Virus record (IMG/VR): IMGVR_UViG_3300038675_000336
Span: 1 to 24,581 of that record
DNA from: a virus
Lineage: Duplodnaviria > Caudoviricetes
DNA: 24,581 bases
Direction: 5' to 3' (one strand)
Shown here piece by piece: positions 9,033 to 18,047 of the stretch (its first letter is position 1; each line of letters opens with the position of its first letter). Under the pieces are notes generated by a model. The model was not told where the DNA came from and ran no database searches. It was given only the letters and a program-made list of their open reading frames with translations. The position numbers and the translations under genes were made by a program.

Positions 9033-9270
9033 AGTATTGTCTTTGCCGGTTAAGTTCATTGATACGTTTATTTTCAAGGTCTTCAAGCATAGCCATCTGC
9101 TCACGGTTTAACGTCTCAATACGGCTTGTAAGCGTTGCAATGCTATCTATGAGGGTCTTATCCTGTTTGACCACCTCAATTGTCTCAGGTACCCTTGTGA
9201 GCAGGTACACGTTAAGACCAAAAGAGCACAAAAAGGCCAACACCAATATGATCACATGTTTTTGTGCCAT
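8923..9270 (-). CDS. Putative inner-membrane spanin-like protein, 115 aa
   Basis: N-terminal TM (VIILVLAFLCSFGLNVYLL) plus coiled coil, directly after the endolysin. Confidence 0.6.
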   Translation of the reverse strand: MAQKHVIILVLAFLCSFGLNVYLLTRVPETIEVVKQDKTLIDSIATLTSRIETLNREQMAMLEDLENKRINELNRQRQYYEAQISHVRMLSADSSLRFFTAFTDRERRHPCGSAN

Positions 9271-9797
9271 CTGCTTACCTTGTAAATCTGTTTTTTTAGT
9301 CGTCGCTTGATAAATACACCGTCACCCTCTCGTGAACCAGCCTCGTTGGTGTTACCCTCAACGGTCATGCAGTAAGTGCTCGATGGTGGCCAGCTGTCAA
9401 CGAACCCGACATGTGCTATGCGGCCTTTGCTTGAAAAATAGATCCCGAAAACATCAGCCCTGCCTGGTGTGTTGGTGTTGGCCTTTCCTGCCTGGTAGAC
9501 GGTTTTTGCTTTTGGGAACCATGATGGCGAATAACCTGATTTTGGGACATCTTTTATCCCTGCCTCTTGCAACACCCAATGAACAAATGCTGCACACCAT
9601 GGGTTGCCTTTCGATAGGCCAACGCTGGTCAGGTACCGCTCAACCGACACGCCGTCATTGTTGCCCGTCTTTTCACGCACCCCCACCTGTGACATGTATG
9701 TGAATGCTATCTCATCTACCTGAGCGTGAAGGAAAGCGCAACAAGACAAAGCACAAGCACAAAGTAGGTGCCGTAAGCGATGATTGTTTTTTGCCAT
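9252..9797 (-). CDS. CHAP-domain endolysin with a probable signal peptide, 181 aa
   Basis: PWCAAFVHW (catalytic Cys), IAHVGFVD (His) and TVEGNT motifs; next to holin-like genes. Confidence 0.9.
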   Translation of the reverse strand: MAKNNHRLRHLLCACALSCCAFLHAQVDEIAFTYMSQVGVREKTGNNDGVSVERYLTSVGLSKGNPWCAAFVHWVLQEAGIKDVPKSGYSPSWFPKAKTVYQAGKANTNTPGRADVFGIYFSSKGRIAHVGFVDSWPPSSTYCMTVEGNTNEAGSREGDGVFIKRRLKKQIYKVSRWHKNM

Positions 9798-10105
9798 GGG
9801 GTTAGGGTTTCAAAGGATTCTTTAAATAAATACTTGATAAAGCGAAATTGGGTGCCAAACACCAGGCGTAGCAATAGCCAGGCCATGGAAATGTATATAA
9901 ACAGCTGCAGCACCGAAAAGATGGGCACTTGGAACACCCCCGCATCAAACACACCTGATGTGGGGTCTGCCAGGCGCAACGCCGGGATGCTGATCACCCA
10001 CACAATCACCGCCGCCGGGATGGAGAGAAACTCTGGGTAACTCTTGAAAAAGGCCCTGATATACTTCCAAAGGGCCTGTAAAATTTTTTTTACAGTTTTC
10101 ATCAT
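9716..10105 (-). CDS. Holin-like membrane protein (3 TM), 129 aa
   Basis: Three hydrophobic segments and a basic amphipathic N-terminus with an MM start; overlaps the endolysin 5' end. Confidence 0.65.
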   Translation of the reverse strand: MMKTVKKILQALWKYIRAFFKSYPEFLSIPAAVIVWVISIPALRLADPTSGVFDAGVFQVPIFSVLQLFIYISMAWLLLRLVFGTQFRFIKYLFKESFETLTPWQKTIIAYGTYFVLVLCLVALSFTLR

Positions 10106-10413
10106 CGTGCGAATTGAAGTATTTTAACTACGTTGTCAATGCTTGCAACACCGGTGAGCAATACGATAGTTGCTACTATGAGCCAAAAAAGACCTGAATG
10201 GCTGGAAAGAAAACTCACCACCTCAATACTCTTGAACTTTCCATCGGTGTCACCTGTCAGCTTTCGGATCTCTCCCATAACTTCTACGTGCTGATTCTTT
10301 GAATCCTCACTCATTTCGTCCAGCATCTTAGCCAGCATCTTGATGGCAATTCCTTGCTTAGATTTCGTTCCGTTTAAAAGGAGATCGATGGATTTTTGTG
10401 CATTCTCGCTCAT
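10102..10413 (-). CDS. Small membrane protein (holin/antiholin-like), 103 aa
   Basis: Helical N-terminal part with a single C-terminal TM (GLFWLIVATIVLLTGVASI); ATGA-coupled to the next holin-like gene. Confidence 0.55.
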   Translation of the reverse strand: MSENAQKSIDLLLNGTKSKQGIAIKMLAKMLDEMSEDSKNQHVEVMGEIRKLTGDTDGKFKSIEVVSFLSSHSGLFWLIVATIVLLTGVASIDNVVKILQFAR

Positions 10414-10416
10414 TGC

Positions 10417-10968
10417 TTAGAGGTTTTTGATGTTCAACATGTCCGCCCCCAGACGGCTAAAGAACATCGTCCATCCGTAGGATGCCAGCGGCTTGTTGTT
10501 AAACGGCTCAAGAGTATACTCATCGCTTATCTGTCGAAGCCATGACGTGTTGCGCTGGTCCTGTTCCATTTGAACGATTATCTTGCGTAGGGTGGTGAGC
10601 GTGGTGTCTGAGTTGAGCCCAAATTCAATTGCGTCTCTTTCGCCGTCCATTTTTGTGGCGATGGTAAGAGCACAGCTCCATTTATTCTCAATAGAGTTTT
10701 GACGGTTGCGGTTTGAAAAGAACTCACCGTAATCGAAAAACATGAACATGTCACTTTGTTGTCCAATCATCAGCTTAACATCATCAAGGTCTGAGCCTAT
10801 CACAAACCCTTTGACCTCAGGCGTCAGGGAGTGAATGGTCATGTTCTCAATCTCCGTTTTTAGTGCTGCATAGCCAGCGACAGGGCTTTTACCTGAAACA
10901 AATGCCTTGAGCATCCCTGAACGATCAGGAAATTTGGCCAGATACTTGATGGTTTCAAGAACTATCAT
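10417..10968 (-). CDS. Phage structural protein, possible tail terminator/neck, 183 aa
   Basis: Coupled ORF in the post-portal operon. Function by context only. Confidence 0.55.
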   Translation of the reverse strand: MIVLETIKYLAKFPDRSGMLKAFVSGKSPVAGYAALKTEIENMTIHSLTPEVKGFVIGSDLDDVKLMIGQQSDMFMFFDYGEFFSNRNRQNSIENKWSCALTIATKMDGERDAIEFGLNSDTTLTTLRKIIVQMEQDQRNTSWLRQISDEYTLEPFNNKPLASYGWTMFFSRLGADMLNIKNL

Positions 10969-11933
10969 TTGATGATCTCGTTTATGAGGTGAATGGAAAA
11001 ACCGGTCTCTGAAGCTATGTCGGTGATTTTCATCTTTGCGTGTGACATACTCTTAACAGCGTCAATGGTCTTTTTAAGACATATTGTCAAAAAGTCGATG
11101 AGTTTCATTTGCTTGACCTCTTCAAGGTCACCATACCCGTCAACCGTCAGATTATACATTGATTCAGACGGACCTATCGAAATGGGGGAGGAACTCTTTT
11201 TACCGGCGGTAAGGATTTTAAACTCCGTCTTTGTGAACAGGTAGTTGATGAATGCCGTGAAGTTGAAGGCGATGGCCGACAGCGTTGTTTCAGGAAGCGA
11301 TGCAAAAACTTTTGCAAGGTCGTGAGCCCTCTCTGAGTCGTATCTACCTGGAAGGTACAGGATGGCGGCCATGAGCGGAAGCTGGTCCTTGTAGCCTTTT
11401 GATAGCGACATGACGTCAAGATATTGGGCGGTTGTCAAGCTTGTGGATAGCTGATTGAAGTCTGTGTTGATGGTATAGGCCTTAAATGTCCGCTTGCCAA
11501 TTTTTACTGCAGGAACCATTTGAGCACAGAAACAAGCATCAACAACAAAGCGATAATCAGTCTTTGCCAGGTAACGGGCGACAGCGGCTGTGGAGTTGCT
11601 TGGATCACGACGGAGGAACGGGCGGATCTCGCTCTCATCGAAAGCCTCGAACACGTCATCGGGGTACTCGATCTTAAAAATGAAGGTCACCCGGTCGCCT
11701 AATGTCACCAGGTTGTTGTAGGCCTCTTTGCCTTTGATACGCTCCATCTTCCAGCCCATAGCCAGACACACAAAAGCAGCTTTCACAACACCGGCGGAAA
11801 TAGCCCCCTTTGAAAAGAGGTCCAGCAGCTTATGTAGGTCTAAAAACTGTGTTGGCGTTAGCCTGTCCCATCGGTTTGGGATGGTACCCGCTTTGGCTCC
11901 GTGAGCAATTACTATGTCCTTGTCGCTGGTCAT
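10965..11933 (-). CDS. Phage hypothetical protein, 322 aa
   Basis: ATGA overlaps at both ends; C-terminal HTH-like segment ITDIASETGFSIHLINEII. Confidence 0.7.
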   Translation of the reverse strand: MTSDKDIVIAHGAKAGTIPNRWDRLTPTQFLDLHKLLDLFSKGAISAGVVKAAFVCLAMGWKMERIKGKEAYNNLVTLGDRVTFIFKIEYPDDVFEAFDESEIRPFLRRDPSNSTAAVARYLAKTDYRFVVDACFCAQMVPAVKIGKRTFKAYTINTDFNQLSTSLTTAQYLDVMSLSKGYKDQLPLMAAILYLPGRYDSERAHDLAKVFASLPETTLSAIAFNFTAFINYLFTKTEFKILTAGKKSSSPISIGPSESMYNLTVDGYGDLEEVKQMKLIDFLTICLKKTIDAVKSMSHAKMKITDIASETGFSIHLINEIIK

Positions 11934-12784
11934 GGCATGAAGAAAAATTTGTCTTTTCTACAGGCGGAAGTGTTGCCGGTTGAAACGGATGTATCAAGCT
12001 CTTGGATGTTGAGTATCATGTCAACACTCTCAATAATCGACCGTGCCTTTTTTAGGACCTTTTCAGCAACCTCAAGCAAATACTTTTGTTCGCCCTCACC
12101 ACTACGGCTGATAGATGAGTCATCGAACAGACTGCGTATGGTTGCCGGCAGCTCAATGGGGTCAAAGCGGTTGATGGCACTCGCAACAACCATCATAGCA
12201 AGGGCTCTTTTTAGGCGTTTTGTCTCCGTTTCTTTCTCTGCGGCCTGCTCAAAATAGCTTGACAGGTCCTCATCAATAATTTCTTCCTGGATGGAGATGG
12301 TGCGAAAAAAAAACAGGAAAGACTGATCAATCGGGTAAAGAGCATCAAACTCGGACATTGATGCAATTTTCAGGTTTTGGCTCCGTGTGTAAAAGGCTGT
12401 GGCCTTCCATTCATCTGTGTCCTGGATAAGGCTTAACAACGTGTCCATGGAGTTGTAGTAGTTTTCCATGTACATGCGTCGGGAGGCCTCCTGTTCATTC
12501 TTGTAGAACGCCACACTGGACTTTCTGAACTTGATGGCATCGAAGGGTATTTGTTTTGCCATGGTCAGGTTAGCCAGGGCTGCAGATAGAGCCTGTTTCT
12601 TTTCAGCATCATCACCGGCCTTGATGGCGTTGTAGATTGCCACCGGTAAGATGTCACATATTTGCTTTTTTGCCGTGATGGCCGATCCATTGAGCTCATC
12701 AAGAGACACGGAGGCGCCTATGCCTGGAACGACCTCTTTGAGGTCAGCTGTTCCCTGGAAAAAATCGCTAAGAATCAGGCTCAT
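11930..12784 (-). CDS. Probable head-tail adaptor (resembles DUF6712 family), 284 aa
   Basis: Helical protein directly after the portal with an ATGA overlap. Family resemblance is from memory and was not searched. Confidence 0.55.
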   Translation of the reverse strand: MSLILSDFFQGTADLKEVVPGIGASVSLDELNGSAITAKKQICDILPVAIYNAIKAGDDAEKKQALSAALANLTMAKQIPFDAIKFRKSSVAFYKNEQEASRRMYMENYYNSMDTLLSLIQDTDEWKATAFYTRSQNLKIASMSEFDALYPIDQSFLFFFRTISIQEEIIDEDLSSYFEQAAEKETETKRLKRALAMMVVASAINRFDPIELPATIRSLFDDSSISRSGEGEQKYLLEVAEKVLKKARSIIESVDMILNIQELDTSVSTGNTSACRKDKFFFMP

Positions 12785-14265
12785 TGTGCTGTGGTGTTAA
12801 GGCGGTTAGACGGAGCTACTTCCTCTTGTTTTGACGGGACCTCTCGGTAAAGGCCGATACGATACCCTTGAGCGTACAGATCCGGGAAGTTAAGCGCAAG
12901 ACAGATCTGATTGAAGGGCTCACAGACCTTTTCCTCATCCGGGGTTAGAGAGATAAGATAAATCAGGTAGTTGTAATACAGGTCTGAGCCCGATTTGCTG
13001 ATGATCCCATCCTTTGAGATGGCTGAAATGGACGGGTCCATGCCGATGGAAGTGCTGATCACTTCATCGGCCCTCTTGTCGTAAGAAATGAGAGACTCGA
13101 TGTATTCCTTGTACTTCATGTCAAGGTTCTCAATTTTCCAGGTGTCCATTTCCTTGTTTTGACCGACACGATAAGAGTAGGACACAAAAGCTTTCCCCTG
13201 GTTGTCCTCACCGGATAAGATGCTGGTGAGGAAGCGGAGTTGTTGGTTGATGTATTGGATCAGACTAGATTCCCTGAACTCGGTACCGATCTCTATTTCA
13301 TTGAACAGCAGCGGTGTTTTGTTTTCCGCTACCCTTTTCTTATTCTCCTGACATAGCTTTGCGATCTGAGACCTCTTTGATTCCAGGTAGCTGTCAGGGA
13401 TAATGACATGGACCTTTGCGGCCATGGAGTTTTTCAGGAACGAGTTGATGTAATTTGGTGTTTTGTTTGCCCCCCTGATGTAGGCCCTGGTGCCCATGTG
13501 CGTCTCGTTGTTGCCGTAAAAATTGTTGATGCTCTTTTCACGGTGATGGGAGACGGCGGCAAATCTATACCCATCTAAGTCTCGGACGTTGAAGCGTGGG
13601 TAAATGTCAAAAATGCTTCCTCCATACAGCCAACGGCCAACAAGCACATGCTTCAGGTCACGGTACTGCACGAGTCCAATAGCGACATCCTGGCGTGTGG
13701 TAGCCAGGCGACAATGACTGTTCTCCATTGCTTCCAACCCTGCAATTGGGTTCTTGCCGATGTACTTGCCCATCGACATCCTTACCTTTGTAAAGTAGTC
13801 CCTGAATGAATAGAAGTTCTTGATGTTGGACTTTATGCAATCTTCGGCAGACTGTTCAAGGCCATTGTTCATCCAGGCATTAAAGTAGTCTGTAACGGCC
13901 TTATTCTCCGTCCACCTACGGGTGACCTTATTGTTGCTGAGCTCCTGACGGTACAGCATCGGCCCCTGGCCATACAGTATTGTTGCCTGCTTTTGGTACA
14001 GGCGTGGCAGGATACGGTTCCCTGATATGTCGTGCTCGATCTCCTCTACAAGTAGGTTGTTGAGACCACGGGCGGCTACCTGGTAGCCTTTGACTGAGAG
14101 CCATGTCTGTGGTTGTCCAACACGTGACTCTCTGTCGAACCCGAAGCCAGGATCATCCATCACACCAAGGGGGTCTGTGCCCAACTGAAAAGCAATAACG
14201 CTCTTCTCGTTGACATGTACACCCAGGTTACCTATCATTTGGCAGTCGTAATCGTTCATACCCAT
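12781..14265 (-). CDS. Portal protein, ~494 aa (alternative start at 14259 with an ATGA overlap)
   Basis: Size, position after the terminase, and portal-like segments (FLKNSMAAKVHVIIP, LSGEDNQGK, IGMDPSI...SGSDL). Confidence 0.75.
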   Translation of the reverse strand: MGMNDYDCQMIGNLGVHVNEKSVIAFQLGTDPLGVMDDPGFGFDRESRVGQPQTWLSVKGYQVAARGLNNLLVEEIEHDISGNRILPRLYQKQATILYGQGPMLYRQELSNNKVTRRWTENKAVTDYFNAWMNNGLEQSAEDCIKSNIKNFYSFRDYFTKVRMSMGKYIGKNPIAGLEAMENSHCRLATTRQDVAIGLVQYRDLKHVLVGRWLYGGSIFDIYPRFNVRDLDGYRFAAVSHHREKSINNFYGNNETHMGTRAYIRGANKTPNYINSFLKNSMAAKVHVIIPDSYLESKRSQIAKLCQENKKRVAENKTPLLFNEIEIGTEFRESSLIQYINQQLRFLTSILSGEDNQGKAFVSYSYRVGQNKEMDTWKIENLDMKYKEYIESLISYDKRADEVISTSIGMDPSISAISKDGIISKSGSDLYYNYLIYLISLTPDEEKVCEPFNQICLALNFPDLYAQGYRIGLYREVPSKQEEVAPSNRLNTTAQ

Positions 14266-14567
14266 CGAATTTTTCGTAGTTCAAAACCATCCTGAGGAAA
14301 GCCCATGAAGCGGATAAGCACCCGGTAGCACATCTTTGGTTCACCGTTCTTATCGGTAAACAGGAAGTAGTTATCGCTGTCCATGCTGAACACATCCGTT
14401 GGCAATTGAGCCCTTGACTTACATCCATCCTTGACCACCAGCTTTGGCGACGCCTCGCCCTTGATGAGTGAGCATGGATAGAAGGCGATAGTGAATGTCC
14501 CGTCCGGGATCTTTGAGATCTCGTGAGCCAGCGACAACGCTTCCATGCCGTTCATTTCTTTTCCCAT
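14256..14567 (-). CDS. Phage hypothetical protein, 103 aa
   Basis: First gene behind promoter copy 4; coupled to the portal gene. Confidence 0.75.
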   Translation of the reverse strand: MGKEMNGMEALSLAHEISKIPDGTFTIAFYPCSLIKGEASPKLVVKDGCKSRAQLPTDVFSMDSDNYFLFTDKNGEPKMCYRVLIRFMGFPQDGFELRKIRWV

Positions 14568-14574
14568 AGCACAC

Positions 14575-14610
14575 CGAAGGTAACTACCACACCAGGCACC
14601 AAAAAGGACA
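14575..14610 (-). promoter_or_regulatory. Putative phage late promoter (copy 4)
   Basis: TGTCCTTT-N20-TACCTTCG, only 7 nt before ATG 14567. Confidence 0.75.
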
Positions 14611-14825
14611 GGCCTATGTCATATTTCCCGACTTTTTGTCTTGTGCAACGCAACCCGGAGAGTCAGCGGGGCGTTGTCCCTCGGATGATTTTTCATTTTC
14701 CTGTTTTGATTTTTCAAAAACAAACCTCAATAGAACAGTTTCTTTGGGGTCTTGGCTCTGTCAAAATGACAGGTTATCCTTATAAGATACTCCCATTATA
14801 GCCTACCTGTGGCCTGATTATGTGG

Positions 14826-16577
14826 TTAGAACCCGTTGAAATCAGGCAGATTGTCAGGTATTTGTGAAAATTCGCTTGGTAGAAGATCTCCGTAAAGGCC
14901 GAAAAGCATGTAGATAAAGGCTGATGGTAGCTGTGTGGAGAGTCCCGCCTGGCGTTTGGGTGGGACTTTGCGCTCAGATGTCTTGTCCAGTTCTATGCGC
15001 CCATCCGTTTTTTTGCGTGGTGACAGCATGATGGAGCTACAGAGGTTTGGACACTCGTTCTCATCGATTCTTACACGTGGCAAAGCGTTTGACTTCTCAC
15101 TGAACAGCATCAACAACAGCTTAAACTGCATCCAGTAATAAATGACCGATTGTCCTTCATTCATGAGCTCTACAATCCAGCCATACGATTCCAGTTCACG
15201 TTTGAGAATCTTGGCATCGGTGGTGATCTGCTCGTACTCTTCCTTTCGCTTATTGCCGGCACGGTCATGGAACAGACGTATGTGCTTATTCTTTGCATCA
15301 GCACCAAAGAACTCATTGAACTGAAAAGCCATGTCTACCTGATCCTTTGGTGCCCAACAGAAATACTCTTTGAGCACACGTAACTCCTGATTATCCGGTT
15401 TTTCCTGGGCAACGATCATAGACTGAAAGCCACCTGGGTCGTAGCCGATAACCAACCCATCTTTTTGGTTGTAGTGCTTGAGATAACCGGCGGTAAGCTT
15501 AAAATTATCCTTCAATCCCCATCTGAGGATACTGTTGTACCTGTACGAGTCTGAAAACTGGTGTATTTTAGGGGTATAGCTTGCAAAAAAACGATCCATG
15601 ACAGCCTTACGACGTACAGCACAGATAGCTGTGAGGAACTCATCACTGTCAAGCAGGTCGTATTGTTGCTTGAAAAACTTGGGTCCCAGAAAGTCTTTGT
15701 TGACAAAGGAGCTTGCACGGATGTAATAGGTGGCGTTCTGACGCATGTCGGATAGTCTGGGGAGCCACAACTGGATCTGCCGGACGGCTCGCTCACGTTC
15801 AACCCTCATGCGTTCAAGGATGATGGGGTTCTTTTCCTCACGTCTGGCCATGTCAATCCTGTAAATAATCACTTGGGCGTCATTGATGGTTTTGGCCACG
15901 GACGCAATCTCATCAATCAGGTCCATGTTCATGTTTTTCTCATAGTCCTCAAACCAGTTGTCCTCACCCAGGTCCACACGAGCGGTGTCTGATACACCGG
16001 TGATGCCCTGGTAGTATGGAGACTTCCTGATGTGGGCGGAAGAGCCACGCAGGGATGGAAAAAGGCGTGTCTTTAGCTTTTCGCCGCTGTTGTGCTTCAT
16101 CTCCTCAACGAAGGCATGAACACCTGAGCGACCGGCTACCGATTCGGGTTGATCGCTGGACACCAGCTGCAGGTGGAAGCCGTTACGGAAAACTATGGAG
16201 TGCTTTGGATAGGTTATTGGATAGCGTGGCCGGCGGAAATGGTTTGGTAGCTTGGAGTCTCCCACGACATAATCGACACCGTACTCAAGCAATGAGCGGC
16301 GGCCATCCTGCATGGGGCGTGAAAAATAAGCCGCTATGTTCGGCCAGACGTTAGTCATCAACGCTACGTAGGTCTTATGTACAAGGAAACCCAACTCACC
16401 CGGCATATCATTGGCCACCCTGATGATGCGTGGACCGGTGACACCTTTGGTCTTTCCGCCGGCACGTGCGACCTCAGCAATCAAAATATTTGGATCGATG
16501 AGTGTTGCCCTCAACTGCATCATGTTCATGTAGTCGTCCTCAAACTGCTGGGCGGCGGTATGGTCTATTTCAATCAT
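14826..16577 (-). CDS. Terminase large subunit, 583 aa
   Basis: Walker A-like ARAGGKT, Walker B HAFVEE, coupling motif GVSD, and RNase H-type nuclease acidic motifs IGYDPG and FHDRAG. Confidence 0.85.
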   Translation of the reverse strand: MIEIDHTAAQQFEDDYMNMMQLRATLIDPNILIAEVARAGGKTKGVTGPRIIRVANDMPGELGFLVHKTYVALMTNVWPNIAAYFSRPMQDGRRSLLEYGVDYVVGDSKLPNHFRRPRYPITYPKHSIVFRNGFHLQLVSSDQPESVAGRSGVHAFVEEMKHNSGEKLKTRLFPSLRGSSAHIRKSPYYQGITGVSDTARVDLGEDNWFEDYEKNMNMDLIDEIASVAKTINDAQVIIYRIDMARREEKNPIILERMRVERERAVRQIQLWLPRLSDMRQNATYYIRASSFVNKDFLGPKFFKQQYDLLDSDEFLTAICAVRRKAVMDRFFASYTPKIHQFSDSYRYNSILRWGLKDNFKLTAGYLKHYNQKDGLVIGYDPGGFQSMIVAQEKPDNQELRVLKEYFCWAPKDQVDMAFQFNEFFGADAKNKHIRLFHDRAGNKRKEEYEQITTDAKILKRELESYGWIVELMNEGQSVIYYWMQFKLLLMLFSEKSNALPRVRIDENECPNLCSSIMLSPRKKTDGRIELDKTSERKVPPKRQAGLSTQLPSAFIYMLFGLYGDLLPSEFSQIPDNLPDFNGF

Positions 16578-17215
16578 TCTGATTCAAGCTCAATGGGTTC
16601 AACATCAACGATGCCTGCATCACGTTTGAGACGGTCTTTTTCCTCTTCATCGATTTCAAGTGAGTCAATAAGCTTGGCATAGAAGCCCTCATTGTGTTTT
16701 CGAGCAATATCCTTGAGTGATTTCTTTTTGAAGCCCATTTCCTCTATTGAAAGGGTGTTGGAGATAAGGAATACGGCTCCAAATGAGTTCTCAGCCTCGG
16801 CGATAGCCGTTGATCGGCGGCGACATTCGGCGGCAGCATCGGTACATATCTTTGCCGTCTTGTAGTCCTGTTTGGAAGCGGCCAATGTAGCCAGGTTCTC
16901 ATACCGGTCTGCAAAGTTGGCCTCCCAAATTTTCTGGCTGACCGTACAATCGATGTTGAAATATTCGATGGCTGAGTAAATCCTTGCCTTACAGGTGCGT
17001 AGATCCACGGGCTTGCCTTGTGATGCGAGTATCCTGGAGCGGAGTTTTTTGGCACAGCGGGTGATGTTGCGCTCATACTCAAAAAGCTCGGCTGCCCACT
17101 GGATCTGCTTGAGAAAGTCCTGGATTTCCTGTGGGATGCCTGCACAGACGCCCGTCTCCAAAAAGGAGGCAATTAGGTCTGGGTGGAAGGTGTCTAGGCG
17201 GGATAGGTAGTCCAT
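16574..17215 (-). CDS. Helical phage protein, small terminase candidate, 213 aa
   Basis: ATGA-coupled immediately upstream of the large terminase. Confidence 0.55.
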   Translation of the reverse strand: MDYLSRLDTFHPDLIASFLETGVCAGIPQEIQDFLKQIQWAAELFEYERNITRCAKKLRSRILASQGKPVDLRTCKARIYSAIEYFNIDCTVSQKIWEANFADRYENLATLAASKQDYKTAKICTDAAAECRRRSTAIAEAENSFGAVFLISNTLSIEEMGFKKKSLKDIARKHNEGFYAKLIDSLEIDEEEKDRLKRDAGIVDVEPIELESE

Positions 17216-17218
17216 GAC

Positions 17219-17572
17219 TTAAAATCCTAAAAGTTCACGTCTCAAGTCGAGGTGGTTGCGCTCATTGCGACGGGCTTGCAGTAGTTCAGCCGCTTCAACA
17301 TCGCCTTTTTCGGCCTTTTTTGCCAGCTCGTTGTCGATGACATTCTCACCCGTGGCCATGGCGCTGAGGTAAACCTGGTTAAACTCATCACCGTTGCTGG
17401 TGAGCCTATGAACAAGTGCCTCACATTCACGGCCACTGAGCTCAAGCAGGGAGGCTATACGCTCAGGAGAGTAACCCAGTTGAGCGTACACCTTGATGCG
17501 TGGAAAAAGATCCTCAGAGAGCCTTATAATTGGCAGTGAGGCTTCGGTTTTGGCTATGGTCGTTTTACTCAT
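17219..17572 (-). CDS. HTH-containing protein, small terminase-like, 117 aa (start reassigned to MSKTT)
   Basis: AQLGYSPERIASLLEL helix-turn-helix, then a KKAEKGDVEAA helix. The start overlaps the upstream stop by 8 nt. Confidence 0.6.
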   Translation of the reverse strand: MSKTTIAKTEASLPIIRLSEDLFPRIKVYAQLGYSPERIASLLELSGRECEALVHRLTSNGDEFNQVYLSAMATGENVIDNELAKKAEKGDVEAAELLQARRNERNHLDLRRELLGF

Positions 17573-18047
17573 CGAGGATGGATTTAAAGATGGCTGATCG
17601 GGTGGTGTGTGACAGGAGGTGTGCCTTGTCTGCTGTTCGCCTGTCTTTGCGCTTGTCATTTTTCAGGAATGATTTGTATCGCTTGATGTTGTGTTCGGTG
17701 GCGGCGTACTGACGGAGAAACTCCGCCGGGTCTTTGCGCCTGAGATCTTCCAGGATAGCACGTTCAGACTGGTTGGCAATGAGTGGGTGTAGGTAGAGCC
17801 ATTTACCCGTGTCGTTAAACGCCTGCAGTTCCTTAAAACAAAGAAGGTTCTGGTTCCGCAACTCAGCCATCCTGTAAACCGTTTTCGCTGTCGGCTTGGT
17901 GTCGAGCACGGAATCCAGAGCCTTCATTTCCCTGTATGTATTGATCCTGTCGTTATAGATCAGGATCGCTACTTGTACTTCTTTGTCGAGGATTTGGTTC
18001 CAGCGGATGGCTGGGTACTCGGACTCTTTTTGGGCTGACTTTTTTTT
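17565..18047 (-). CDS. -1 frame extension of the upstream gene (GT-like tail assembly chaperone; fusion ~275 aa)
   Basis: This frame opens at the A9 run right after a TGA (18048-18050) and reads 40 sense codons (KKKSAQKESEYPAIRWNQILDKEVQVAILIYNDRINTYRE) before ATG 17927. Confidence 0.7.
   Translation of the reverse strand, partial: KKKSAQKESEYPAIRWNQILDKEVQVAILIYNDRINTYREMKALDSVLDTKPTAKTVYRMAELRNQNLLCFKELQAFNDTGKWLYLHPLIANQSERAILEDLRRKDPAEFLRQYAATEHNIKRYKSFLKNDKRKDRRTADKAHLLSHTTRSAIFKSILDE

Noticed and set aside
12305-12313. T9 run on the coding strand of the 284-aa gene as a phase-variation or slippage site
   Set aside because: It encodes L-F-F-F in an intact frame, and no alternative product was evident.
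17573-17659. N-terminal 29 aa of the 146-aa ORF
   Set aside because: It overlaps the upstream gene; the coupled ATG at 17572 is more plausible.
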